In this document: one piece after another, positions 1-8,260 of the stretch
Position numbering within the stretch: position 1 is the first letter of the stretch
Layout: every line of letters starts with the position of its first letter
Virus genome (UHGV): UHGV-0312576
Length of the DNA: 64,000 nucleotides
Source: a virus
Direction: 5' to 3' (one strand)
The notes under the pieces: generated by a model
Told to the model about the DNA's origin: nothing
What the model saw: only the letters and a program-made list of their open reading frames with translations
Database searches by the model: none
Made by a program: the position numbers and the translations under genes

Positions 1-309
1 CATAGATCCAACTCCTTATTTAGATTTGTAATGGGAACCCAACCTTTACTCATTGCCGATTCTATCTACTGTGGTGTGACACGGACGTACTGGTAACCAG
101 CAGTTCAACCTGCATAAAACGAACGGCTGCGAATGAGAGGCCGGCAGACAGACTAATTTACGGACGAAAAGTCCAGCATTTTGGCCGTCAGCCCATTGCA
201 CTCTCTATTCTAACAGCTTTAGCAACAAGATGGATATAGACACGACTGGCTGTCGTGTACTTTACCCATAAATACATTGTAGTAGGGAGGAAGTATTTCT
301 AATGCAGTC

Positions 310-729
310 GTGGAACCAATATATATTATTGATATTAATATAACAGGACAAAATAAAGAGTGTCATAATATATTGAAACGCATAAAGTTGCCTGGAAAAA
401 AATATTCTTTCAATTACGATAATGTTACCATAAAAACATTAAATTCTTCTTATACAGAGCATTTAATATGTACTCTTGAAAATGAACTATCAAATGATTT
501 TGAAGATTATGATATATACGTAAATGACGATTTGTATTTAAATATTGAATTTCAAGATTTTTTTAAAAAACAGCATGATGAACTATACCAAGTTGGTGAA
601 ACAAGCATTATTGAAGTTGAATATGAGGAAATAACTAATGATATTATAAGTGCAGAATATTTTTCATTAAATAATTATACTGAAGAATTAGTCTTACTTA
701 AAACTGAATTATCACAAATTTGGCAGTAA
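310..729 (+). CDS. hypothetical acidic protein
   Basis: 139-aa ORF, Asp/Glu/Tyr-rich, no recognisable motif; the only plus-strand gene at the left end. Confidence 0.35.
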   Translation: MEPIYIIDINITGQNKECHNILKRIKLPGKKYSFNYDNVTIKTLNSSYTEHLICTLENELSNDFEDYDIYVNDDLYLNIEFQDFFKKQHDELYQVGETSIIEVEYEEITNDIISAEYFSLNNYTEELVLLKTELSQIWQ

Positions 730-801
730 AAAATAGGGCAGAAGAGTGTAAAACTCAACTGCCCTATGCTTCTATTTGTTGTCCTCTGTGTCGTATCACA
801 A

Positions 802-1536
802 TTATTTAATGAGTGAGTCCATAAGACTATCGGTATTTGTATTAGATAAATCACCAGCAATCATAATTAGTTGCATATATGAACCATCCATGCGAACATA
901 TGCTGTTAATGTTCCAGGTGCATTTAAAATTTCGGCAGTGGAATATCCATAACAATTCCATAAACCAGATGAAAGTTGTTTATATGTCTTAGTATTATAT
1001 GCTCCCCCTTCATCAATCATTGCTGTGTCAAGAACAGAATCGATATATTCTTCGCTATAATTATTAGTGCGTGGATCAACGCCTATGTCATTACAGTATA
1101 CTGCGATTGCTCTTTGTTGGTCATATGAAGCAAATAAACAGAAGATGGCATCCGTTTGTTCATAAAGCCAAAATCCATTTGGTGTAGAAAGAGTTAGGTT
1201 TCCTATCGTACAAGTGTCTAATACTTGGGGTTGATTCTGTGTTTGAACTACACCATCAATAACCCATGCTCCATTTTCATCTACCATATATCCATCAGGT
1301 GTTTGTGTATTTTGCAGGCAGTATCCATCTGGAGAAAAATAATAACACTTGCCATCAATCCAATTCCACCCCGTATTGGGGTATGTCCCGTTATCATTCA
1401 CATACCACCAGCCTTGCGCATCTGATTGCCATTGACCAGCGAATGATGTAATACAGGAAAAAATAGAAATAGTAATAGTAGCCAAAAACAAACAAATCCT
1501 TCTCATTATATAATACCCCCTTATAGTTATGAGCAT
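802..1536 (-). CDS. secreted cell-wall-binding repeat protein
   Basis: N-terminal signal peptide (MRRICLFLATITISIFSCITSFA) followed by tandem aromatic repeats (WYVNDNGTY, WNWIDGKCYYFSPDGY, GYMVDENGAW) typical of choline/cell-wall-binding (CW_binding_1) repeats. Confidence 0.55.
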   Translation of the reverse strand: MLITIRGYYIMRRICLFLATITISIFSCITSFAGQWQSDAQGWWYVNDNGTYPNTGWNWIDGKCYYFSPDGYCLQNTQTPDGYMVDENGAWVIDGVVQTQNQPQVLDTCTIGNLTLSTPNGFWLYEQTDAIFCLFASYDQQRAIAVYCNDIGVDPRTNNYSEEYIDSVLDTAMIDEGGAYNTKTYKQLSSGLWNCYGYSTAEILNAPGTLTAYVRMDGSYMQLIMIAGDLSNTNTDSLMDSLIK

Positions 1537-1581
1537 AGTATATCATATCCAAATTAGGAAATATATAAGAAAATAGTTTGG

Positions 1582-2250
1582 CTATAAACTTCCACCATCG
1601 TAAGTGTTTTCTGCTGGGCCACTATCCATTAAATCTCCGCCATCAATGGCATGTGAAGCTGTTATATGATTTACAGCATCCTGCAATTGACTAACTTGCT
1701 CTACTGTGGCAGCGCCAATCTGGGATAATGTGATATTAGTGGTACCATCAAAGTTTGCATTTCCGATTTTTCTTGCTGTAGATAATTTTGTAGCAGAAGT
1801 AGCGGCTCCTCCTGCTGATGAAGAACCAGCGTAATTGTGAGTATGGTCCGAAGGAGGGAATGTGGATGGTTTGCTTCCAATCTCAGACCATACATAAGAT
1901 GGTTTTATAGATGCTTTTGCCCAGGTCGGAACATCTGAAGCTGGCATAGCGGTTGGTTTGTTCTTAATAAAAGAATCTGATCCTGTATCGTTCACAGACC
2001 AGTCAGATTGAACATTGACTTCAGCTCCTGGTGAAATGCTAGCTAACTTATTTTTTTCAGTCGTAGTGTAATCATTTGCAGACAATCCCTTACCTGATAC
2101 TTTATCTACCTTATTTGTGACAGCATTCCAATTCGTTTTTTCTGATGAAGTTGTATGTATTGTGGTATTGCTTGTATGTGTAGCAATTAAAGCTTTTATT
2201 CGTAATACTAATTCCTTGGCATTTTCAAAAGATACAAAATTAAATTTCAT
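1582..2250 (-). CDS. tail fiber-like protein
   Basis: Ser/Thr/Asn-rich 222-aa protein. Its C-terminal motif AIDGGDLMDSGPAENTYDGGSL closely matches the C-terminus (IDGGELTDTTPAENVFDGGSL) of ORF 11227..12213. Confidence 0.5.
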   Translation of the reverse strand: MKFNFVSFENAKELVLRIKALIATHTSNTTIHTTSSEKTNWNAVTNKVDKVSGKGLSANDYTTTEKNKLASISPGAEVNVQSDWSVNDTGSDSFIKNKPTAMPASDVPTWAKASIKPSYVWSEIGSKPSTFPPSDHTHNYAGSSSAGGAATSATKLSTARKIGNANFDGTTNITLSQIGAATVEQVSQLQDAVNHITASHAIDGGDLMDSGPAENTYDGGSL

Positions 2251-2263
2251 AAACTACCTCCAA

Positions 2264-3031
2264 TCAGGTAGCGGCCATAATTTCATCAATTTGAGCATTC
2301 GTTATTGGAACCATGTCAGAATCTTGTATATAACCACTTAAATCAACGGCAGTATCACCGATTTTTTCAAAAGCTCCATTGGCATATATCCACTCCGTAT
2401 AGATATTGGCTGTTTCAGATGAAGTTTTTGGCACAAGATAGATTTTACCAACAGAACCCGTAACTGTTGGAACTCCATTGCTATTGTATTCTCCGGCTTT
2501 AAGAATGACAAATTCCATACTAGTGACATTGCCGATAGCAGTAGAAATAGCTGCACTTACTTGACTTTGTGTTTGAAACTTGCTATCATTTGACAATTCG
2601 CTTACCTTTGTAGGAACAGTAATGTTGACTTTTCGAGTTGTGGAGTCTACAGTTAGGTCAGCTCCATTCTTTTGAATTCCAACTACGGTATTTCTCTCTG
2701 CATTAGTAGGCGCATGAGCTGCTTGGCTATGAGTGTAAGCAGCATCGTATTTTGTCTGTTCCGCATCGGTTACAAAACGATGCTCAGTATCTTCGGTAAT
2801 CATTGATGCTGGATGATTATTTGGATGAGTGTAAATTGTATCTGTGAATTTGGCATTGGCAGGAACATCACTAGCAACAGTATGTCCGCCTACAGTGTCA
2901 GCGTTACCTCCATCAGCGGGTAGGGTAGTAGGAATATCAGTTTTAAGTGCAAATTTAGCGCTTACCCATGCTTGTATCTTTTGTTTCCAATAAAGTAGAC
3001 CATCATAATCTAAATAATTTTTAAGAGCCAT
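2264..3031 (-). CDS. tail fiber protein
   Basis: 255-aa Thr/Ser/Asn-rich protein typical of phage fibers, sitting in the distal tail gene block downstream of the RBP. Confidence 0.45.
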   Translation of the reverse strand: MALKNYLDYDGLLYWKQKIQAWVSAKFALKTDIPTTLPADGGNADTVGGHTVASDVPANAKFTDTIYTHPNNHPASMITEDTEHRFVTDAEQTKYDAAYTHSQAAHAPTNAERNTVVGIQKNGADLTVDSTTRKVNITVPTKVSELSNDSKFQTQSQVSAAISTAIGNVTSMEFVILKAGEYNSNGVPTVTGSVGKIYLVPKTSSETANIYTEWIYANGAFEKIGDTAVDLSGYIQDSDMVPITNAQIDEIMAAT

Positions 3032-3047
3032 TAGCTCCTCCTTTCAA

Positions 3048-3356
3048 TCAAAAATCATCTTGAAACATATTATCTATTTGAGAATTTGTTAATCGTGAAT
3101 ATTCCTCCTGTAGTGTATACCATTTCCCCTTAGACCACATCTTCTGTTCCATGGTGAATGAATTGAGATAGATTATATTTGGTATGGGTGAAACAGGGAA
3201 TTCATCAACTATGAGGATGTCACTTCCAAATTTATTACCTCTCGCAAACATCATTCCGTTTGTAAGTAAATAGATAGCATTGGGAATAATATTGTAAGGA
3301 TGGAGAGCTATGTAATCTTCATACGACATTCCAGTAATAATTTGTAAACCACTCAT
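3048..3356 (-). CDS. hypothetical tail-associated protein
   Basis: 102-aa ORF whose start overlaps (ATGA) the stop of the upstream gene; position only. Confidence 0.3.
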   Translation of the reverse strand: MSGLQIITGMSYEDYIALHPYNIIPNAIYLLTNGMMFARGNKFGSDILIVDEFPVSPIPNIIYLNSFTMEQKMWSKGKWYTLQEEYSRLTNSQIDNMFQDDF

Positions 3357-4063
3357 TCAGTATCCTCCATAGTTGTCCAAACAACATCTTCTGGCAAAAC
3401 CACAGTTCCAAGGCGTTCAGTCTTTTCTGAATTGGAATAAAAATGAACAGTGTGTCCATCAATGTCAATACACGATATTTTTGATTTTTCTAGTGTATCG
3501 AGTTTTTGAGCCATCTCAGTAAAGGGGTTGGTTGTCTCGTCAGGATCAATGAATGAATTAGTTGAAGATGTTTCCAGTACACTTAATGTAATATTGTTTG
3601 TGGGAAGATAATGAAAAAGTTTGTAAGAATCCTCATACGAGAAGATAAGGTTAATAGAAAGTGTACCTGAAAGTTTGGTGAAGGTTTTGGTTACTGGAAT
3701 ATGAGCCACTAAATATCTATCAAAATAGAGTGTATCTTCAAAATCAAGAAATGTAACTTTACCTTCCTGTCCGTTAGGAAGAGTGATGCAGAGCATACAG
3801 TTAAGTGATTTAGTATCAAATTCAAATAAGTCGTCTACAGAGACAAGAAATTTTATTGAATCAGCACGATTTTCATTCTGATAAATAGGAGAGGATAGGG
3901 TGCGTAGTAATACCCTATCTCTATATAGGATTGTATTCAATTTATCCTCCTCTGTTTGTGTTAAAAACGTAACAAATGTGCGCAATACAAAGACATAGCA
4001 CGTAGAAAATGTAAAATAATCCGCGAAGAGCGGACATAAAATCCGATGAAAGGCAGTTTTCAT
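3353..4063 (-). CDS. hypothetical tail-associated protein
   Basis: 236-aa ORF immediately left of the shufflon; its start codon abuts shufflon site F1. Confidence 0.35.
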   Translation of the reverse strand: MKTAFHRILCPLFADYFTFSTCYVFVLRTFVTFLTQTEEDKLNTILYRDRVLLRTLSSPIYQNENRADSIKFLVSVDDLFEFDTKSLNCMLCITLPNGQEGKVTFLDFEDTLYFDRYLVAHIPVTKTFTKLSGTLSINLIFSYEDSYKLFHYLPTNNITLSVLETSSTNSFIDPDETTNPFTEMAQKLDTLEKSKISCIDIDGHTVHFYSNSEKTERLGTVVLPEDVVWTTMEDTE

Positions 4064-4065
4064 TA

Positions 4066-4082
4066 GAAATGTAGCAATTTAG
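4066..4082 (+). repeat. shufflon recombination site F1 (GAAATGTAGCAATTTAG)
   Basis: Direct read; in-frame TAG stop immediately upstream. Confidence 0.75.
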
Positions 4083-4411
4083 ATATTACAAATCAGATAG
4101 CCGAGGTAGAAAATAGCAATGCCTATATACAGCAGTCAGGGAACGGAACCAGGTCAGTATACAAACATGGAAATTTGATACATTTAAGATTAGGAATCGT
4201 TGTAACGACGGGAACTACATCAACAGTAACCATTGCTAGAATTCCATATACATCAACTGACTCAACAAGTGTTTTAGTTCCTACATGGGCAACATATCAA
4301 TCACCCGCTTTCCTTACTGTGTCAGTAGATACCGGAGGAAATATAATAATACGTGGGACTCAGAGTGGAGTTTATGTTGCAGATTTAATATATTTTGCAT
4401 CAAATTTATAG
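4070..4411 (+). CDS. silent RBP C-terminal cassette F1 (CSNLDITNQIAEVEN...)
   Basis: Frame starting at the repeat codons TGT AGC AAT TTA stays open to the TAG at 4409-4411. Track ORF 4175..4411 is the tail of this frame. No start codon; a stop lies just upstream. Confidence 0.65.
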   Translation, partial: CSNLDITNQIAEVENSNAYIQQSGNGTRSVYKHGNLIHLRLGIVVTTGTTSTVTIARIPYTSTDSTSVLVPTWATYQSPAFLTVSVDTGGNIIIRGTQSGVYVADLIYFASNL

Positions 4412-4455
4412 GTAGGGTATGTGCTTACTTAATAGTAGGAACTAAAAAATCATTA

Positions 4456-4758
4456 TTACATGAATATAATTAAACCTCCATATGTACCGGCGTTATTATT
4501 AGCACTGTCCGAAACAAGATTATTCCCGGAAATACTACATTGCATTGCGCTTCCATTATTTCCGATTATGTATCTGCCAGCAGGGTTTTTGGGGGTGACC
4601 GGCAATGTGCAAATAATATCTCCGACAACGTATCCAGAGGAAGCTACAATAAGCACATCAAGTACGTATAACAATCCAAATTTATGCAGTGTTGTATAGC
4701 TGGTAAATTTGGGGCCAGGCGTAACTGCTAATAAAATATTCTTTTCTAAATTGCTAGA
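4456..4758 (-). CDS. silent RBP C-terminal cassette R0 (SSNLEKNILLAVTPGPKF...)
   Basis: Minus frame opens at the inverted repeat copy CTAAATTGCTAGA (4746-4758) and continues into track ORF 4456..4674. Confidence 0.55.
   Translation of the reverse strand, partial: SSNLEKNILLAVTPGPKFTSYTTLHKFGLLYVLDVLIVASSGYVVGDIICTLPVTPKNPAGRYIIGNNGSAMQCSISGNNLVSDSANNNAGTYGGLIIFM
4746..4758 (-). repeat. shufflon site R0 (variant TCTAGCAATTTAG on minus)
   Basis: Direct read; slightly divergent copy (TCT instead of TGT). Confidence 0.55.
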
Positions 4759-4813
4759 TTTTTAAAAGTTAATATATTATCATTTTTATTGTATTTTTAT
4801 TATATAGGAGACT

Positions 4814-4830
4814 ACGATATAGCAATTTAG
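4814..4830 (+). repeat. shufflon site F2 (CGATATAGCAATTTAG)
   Basis: Direct read. Confidence 0.7.
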
Positions 4831-5096
4831 CCGATAAGCTGCTTATAAAAAATGATGGTCTATGGTCAGGTAAAAACAACGCTGACGATTATAGAAACCA
4901 CAACATAATATTTTACTGTAATCCTGCACAGGGTAATCTAACCGCCTATAATTTCCCGGTAAATGAGACCGGTGTTTTTAAAAGCGTTGTGTGTAATCAA
5001 TTTTCCACGCAGACATACGTTACTATCAGTAACGCCCTATATCAGCGCATCGCTGCTGATAACTCATCGGCTTTTAGCGCATGGGAGCTTAAATGA
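4818..5096 (+). CDS. silent RBP C-terminal cassette F2 (YSNLADKLLIKNDGLWSGKNNADDY...)
   Basis: Open frame of 92 codons from TAT AGC AAT TTA to the TGA at 5094-5096. It contains no ATG and is absent from the ORF track. Confidence 0.6.
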   Translation, partial: YSNLADKLLIKNDGLWSGKNNADDYRNHNIIFYCNPAQGNLTAYNFPVNETGVFKSVVCNQFSTQTYVTISNALYQRIAADNSSAFSAWELK

Positions 5097-5099
5097 TTA

Positions 5100-5411
5100 T
5101 TAGCGGTAATAAACGGCAAAGCTGAAAGCTGATTTATTATCTGCTGCGTTTATAAAAACAGAATTTTTTGCAATTGTATTGGTGATGGCTATAACTATTT
5201 TTACATCCCAACCAGTTGCGTCACGACCACAACCAGTCATCCAATTACCAGTGTTTTTACCAATCTCTGCTTTTAATATATTGACACCACATGTATATGC
5301 GTAATCCGAAGTACGGTAAATCTTAATCATCAACTCATTATATTTTTCAGGTAACGGGCAAGTATCTGTGGCCTTGTATGTACCATTTAATTTCCATTCT
5401 AAATTGCTACT
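5100..5411 (-). CDS. silent RBP C-terminal cassette R1 (SSNLEWKLNGTYKATD...)
   Basis: Track ORF 5100..5432 contains SSNL encoded by the inverted repeat at 5399-5411. Confidence 0.65.
   Translation of the reverse strand, partial: SSNLEWKLNGTYKATDTCPLPEKYNELMIKIYRTSDYAYTCGVNILKAEIGKNTGNWMTGCGRDATGWDVKIVIAITNTIAKNSVFINAADNKSAFSFAVYYR
5399..5411 (-). repeat. shufflon site R1
   Basis: CTAAATTGCTACT read on the plus strand. Confidence 0.7.
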
Positions 5412-5453
5412 TCTTAGATTGTATCCGTTCATAAATATTCACTATTATTTTCA

Positions 5454-5470
5454 AAGATGTAGCAATTTAG
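5454..5470 (+). repeat. shufflon site F3 (AAGATGTAGCAATTTAG)
   Basis: Direct read. Confidence 0.75.
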
Positions 5471-5595
5471 CAACTAAAACTGTCGAAAATATGACCTTGA
5501 ATAAGCGCCTACGATTATATTGGGATGAAGAAAATAATCTAATACAGGTATATGTAGATAGTACGTACAAGGGTAATCTTAAATTCACTCCATAA
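5458..5595 (+). CDS. silent RBP C-terminal cassette F3 (CSNLATKTVENMTLNKRLRLYWDEENN...), short 45 aa
   Basis: In frame with track ORF 5368..5595. The portion upstream of the repeat is non-coding overlap. Confidence 0.55.
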   Translation, partial: CSNLATKTVENMTLNKRLRLYWDEENNLIQVYVDSTYKGNLKFTP

Positions 5596-5599
5596 TTAA

Positions 5600-5899
5600 T
5601 CATTTTGTGCTGAAAGCATACAGATTGGTAAGGATTGGAACCTGATTATCATAACCGACAAATTTTATGGCATCTCCCTTCCGCACCGCAAAGCAAACCG
5701 GCGCAAAAGAATTGGTTGCTGCATCATTATTGACCCAAAATATAGTTATGCTATTAACTGATACATAACATCCGTGGGCTGAACTATTAAAGCCTATGGA
5801 ACCACAGACTATACAATTTTCTGTGGCCGTCCAACTGGTTCCGTTAGCAAATCCATCTTTGATTTTTTTGCTGGTATCTATGTATGGTAAATTGCTACA
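5600..5899 (-). CDS. silent RBP C-terminal cassette R2 (CSNLPYIDTSKKIKDGF...)
   Basis: Track ORF 5600..5905, with CSNL encoded by the inverted repeat at 5888-5904. Confidence 0.65.
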   Translation of the reverse strand, partial: CSNLPYIDTSKKIKDGFANGTSWTATENCIVCGSIGFNSSAHGCYVSVNSITIFWVNNDAATNSFAPVCFAVRKGDAIKFVGYDNQVPILTNLYAFSTK

Positions 5900-5904
5900 T
5901 TTCA
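5888..5904 (-). repeat. shufflon site R2
   Basis: GTAAATTGCTACATTTC read on the plus strand. Confidence 0.7.
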
Positions 5905-5957
5905 ATATAGAGCTTCATAAATACACAATGAAGCTCTATATTTATTCATTATAGTCA

Positions 5958-6776
5958 TTATAATTTATTAAAGATTTTAATAGACAGAACTTCATCTTTT
6001 GTTAAAGCAGACATAATTGCTTCTTTAATTGTTTGCATTTCTTCATAGTATGGTTCTGTGTAGGCATAAACTGCAAGGGCAAGCGTTGAAAATTCCAAAA
6101 CAGACATTGGAGTACACTTAGTACCCTTACTATGCCACTTAACAATATCTTCAGCATTTGGATTTATTGCCTTATTAAGCTGATACGCCAGATACTGCTG
6201 AGACATCTCATCTCTATCAATTTTTGAAACTCCATAATATTTTCCATCTGTATATAAGAGCGGTTTCTTCTCTAAAAACGTTTCAAGGGACTCGCTGTTT
6301 TGCTTCTGGATAAATGTTTTTAATTCATCCAATGAACATTTGTCAATTTCAATTGTTGGATTAATCTGCTGATTAAGCTGCTCTACTATAACTTTAGTTG
6401 GATCTTCATATTTAAGAGTGATAGTGATAAGTTCAATCTCCTGTGGTTCATTGGTTGTGATTGTAGTTGTTGTATCTTGTCCGGATTCTCCGATGGAAGG
6501 TATTTCTTCTTGCTTTTCAACTGGAACAGTAATCTTTTCAATAGAACGACTCATTATATCTGTATAATTCTCGTAAGTAGTTACGTGTACAGCAGACGGA
6601 GTGGTTTTAATGATTCTCTTTAAATCGTCTTTTGTAAGATTATCAAATAGGCTGACGATATCAGAAAATAAATAATCGGATGGATTAATTCGTATCACAA
6701 GTGTTTGTGTCGATTTGTTTTCCAGGCTATCATAAATTTTTAAAACGTGATTGTTATTAAAAGTAATATTATACAT
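5958..6776 (-). CDS. hypothetical protein encoded between shufflon segments
   Basis: 272-aa ORF with a real ATG; acidic, Thr-rich internal linker; no repeat-derived SNL motif. Passenger gene in the spacer between sites R2 and F4. Confidence 0.45.
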   Translation of the reverse strand: MYNITFNNNHVLKIYDSLENKSTQTLVIRINPSDYLFSDIVSLFDNLTKDDLKRIIKTTPSAVHVTTYENYTDIMSRSIEKITVPVEKQEEIPSIGESGQDTTTTITTNEPQEIELITITLKYEDPTKVIVEQLNQQINPTIEIDKCSLDELKTFIQKQNSESLETFLEKKPLLYTDGKYYGVSKIDRDEMSQQYLAYQLNKAINPNAEDIVKWHSKGTKCTPMSVLEFSTLALAVYAYTEPYYEEMQTIKEAIMSALTKDEVLSIKIFNKL

Positions 6777-6866
6777 ATTATTTCCTTTCTTTCAAATGAA
6801 TTAATGTTTTAATTTGAAACTGCATGAATTAATGAATATTTATGTAGAGATAATTTCATTTATTTA

Positions 6867-6883
6867 GAAATGTAGCAATTTAG
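6867..6883 (+). repeat. shufflon site F4 (GAAATGTAGCAATTTAG, identical 17-mer to F1)
   Basis: Direct read; in-frame TAG immediately upstream. Confidence 0.75.
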
Positions 6884-7149
6884 GCGTACAAATCAGAAAA
6901 ATATCATCAAAGCTTTTTTCATGTGATGCTACCGTTGGTACGAAGGATAGTGTTAGTCAAACTTACTCCATTTCGGATTTGGGTTTTATTAAAACACCTT
7001 TATGGGCAGTACAGTCGTCAAATTGGTTGAATGCTCAGATAACCAATATAACAAAAGATTCCATATCTATAACCTTCTATAATCCATCAGAGCGTGGAAT
7101 TGCCGGGACTGCCGCATGGATACAGCTCATATTTTTGGAGCCCAAATGA
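6871..7149 (+). CDS. silent RBP C-terminal cassette F4 (CSNLGVQIRKISSKLFSCDATVGTKDS...)
   Basis: 92-codon open frame from the repeat to the TGA at 7147-7149; no ATG; not in the ORF track. Confidence 0.6.
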   Translation, partial: CSNLGVQIRKISSKLFSCDATVGTKDSVSQTYSISDLGFIKTPLWAVQSSNWLNAQITNITKDSISITFYNPSERGIAGTAAWIQLIFLEPK

Positions 7150-7365
7150 TTACTTGGTCCATATTGTTGAATCAGTTCCAGTTTTTCTGTTTCTCGATGT
7201 GTATGTAATGCTATCGTTAGAGAATGTAAGTAAACGTGACCATTCATCGCCAAAAACAAATTCCAATGTTATTCCCTGTAGGTCTTCATGTACAAAAAAT
7301 ATTATTTTTTGACACCTAGTGAATGAGAATGACCCAGTACCTAGTTTACTAACTAAATTGCTACA
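7150..7365 (-). CDS. silent RBP C-terminal cassette R3 (CSNLVSKLGTGSFSFTRCQKIIFFVHEDLQGITLEF...)
   Basis: Minus frame from the inverted repeat (7353-7369) to the stop at 7150-7152, directly abutting the F4 stop (TGATTA). Its 71-aa product is a near-identical paralogue of cassette F6. Track ORF 7077..7259 is a different, spurious frame. Confidence 0.6.
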   Translation of the reverse strand, partial: CSNLVSKLGTGSFSFTRCQKIIFFVHEDLQGITLEFVFGDEWSRLLTFSNDSITYTSRNRKTGTDSTIWTK

Positions 7366-7369
7366 CTGT
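7353..7369 (-). repeat. shufflon site R3
   Basis: CTAAATTGCTACACTGT read on the plus strand. Confidence 0.7.
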
Positions 7370-7416
7370 CTAATGCGATAAATTATATTTATACTTTACT
7401 ATGTATAAAGAATTGT

Positions 7417-7433
7417 ATGATATAGCAATTTAA
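7417..7433 (+). repeat. shufflon site F5 (ATGATATAGCAATTTAA)
   Basis: Direct read; slightly divergent last base. Confidence 0.65.
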
Positions 7434-7720
7434 TGAAATCGTATGATTTATTAATTAGTTCAACATCAACTACCGGAATCAATCAAGTGGTGGATGTGGA
7501 CAATTATCGTGAAATATTGCTATGTGCTACTCACAGTAGTAATGGTACAATATATAATGCAGCCATGATACCAATAGGATTATTTAAATCCACATCAGCA
7601 GGAAGCATGTTCAGATGCTCAGGAGGCTCGTTTTTCGCCCAATGTTATACTGCTAATGGTTCAATAACAGCTAGTGTTAGTGTGGACGGATATTGTGCAA
7701 AAATCTATGGTATCAAATGA
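7421..7720 (+). CDS. silent RBP C-terminal cassette F5 (YSNLMKSYDLLISSTSTTGINQ...)
   Basis: Track ORF 7433..7720 extended upstream in frame through TAT AGC AAT TTA. Confidence 0.6.
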   Translation, partial: YSNLMKSYDLLISSTSTTGINQVVDVDNYREILLCATHSSNGTIYNAAMIPIGLFKSTSAGSMFRCSGGSFFAQCYTANGSITASVSVDGYCAKIYGIK

Positions 7721-7980
7721 TTATTTTTAATAAGACATACTCTGCATGGACAATTTAAATTATTAGTATCAGCAGTATACATATAAACACCATCAATCTT
7801 CAGATATGTGTTGATATTAGAATTTTGATACTTATATGAGTCTCCTTGTTTAATCGCTGCAATTAAAGTACTATTGTTCCAAGTATACCCAGATGGAAAA
7901 CTACAGACCTTGACAGTTTGATTTGTTGTCGCTGGAGAGGTCGCATCTATAACAGTTATTAATCCAGCTAAATTGCTACA
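7705..7980 (-). CDS. silent RBP C-terminal cassette R4 (CSNLAGLITVIDATSPATTNQ...)
   Basis: Track ORF 7705..8004 with the CSNL junction at the inverted repeat 7968-7984. Its 3' end overlaps the 3' end of F5 convergently. Confidence 0.65.
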   Translation of the reverse strand, partial: CSNLAGLITVIDATSPATTNQTVKVCSFPSGYTWNNSTLIAAIKQGDSYKYQNSNINTYLKIDGVYMYTADTNNLNCPCRVCLIKNNHLIP

Positions 7981-7984
7981 TTTC
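7968..7984 (-). repeat. shufflon site R4
   Basis: CTAAATTGCTACATTTC read on the plus strand. Confidence 0.7.
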
Positions 7985-8033
7985 AGAATGTAATATACGA
8001 ACATATGAATATCTATAAATACTTATCGATTTT

Positions 8034-8050
8034 ACAATGTAGCAATTTAG
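8034..8050 (+). repeat. shufflon site F6 (ACAATGTAGCAATTTAG)
   Basis: Direct read. Confidence 0.75.
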
Positions 8051-8253
8051 TTAGTAAATTAGGTACTGGGTCATTTACGTTCACCCGGTGTCAGAAAATG
8101 ATAATCTTTGTAAACGAAAACCTCCAAGGGATAACACTGGAATTTATTTTTAACGAAGAATGGTCACGTTTACTTACATTCTCTAACGATAGAATAACAT
8201 ATGAATCCAGAGACAGAAAAACCGGAACAGATTCCGTAATATGGACAAAATGA
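8038..8253 (+). CDS. silent RBP C-terminal cassette F6 (CSNLVSKLGTGSFTFTRCQKMIIFVNENLQGITLEF...)
   Basis: Track ORF 8005..8253; 71-aa product paralogous to R3 (about 85 percent amino-acid identity by eye). Confidence 0.65.
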   Translation, partial: CSNLVSKLGTGSFTFTRCQKMIIFVNENLQGITLEFIFNEEWSRLLTFSNDRITYESRDRKTGTDSVIWTK

Positions 8254-8260
8254 TTATTTA

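Noticed and set aside
60-300. Group II intron 5' end (GUGUG at about 70)
   Set aside because: Only about 230 nt lie before the next ORF, and no domain V-like hairpin or IEP ORF is present.
7077-7259. Track ORF 7077..7259 (minus) as a gene
   Set aside because: It is in a different frame from the repeat-defined cassette R3 and overlaps the 3' end of cassette F4. It is treated as a frame artefact.
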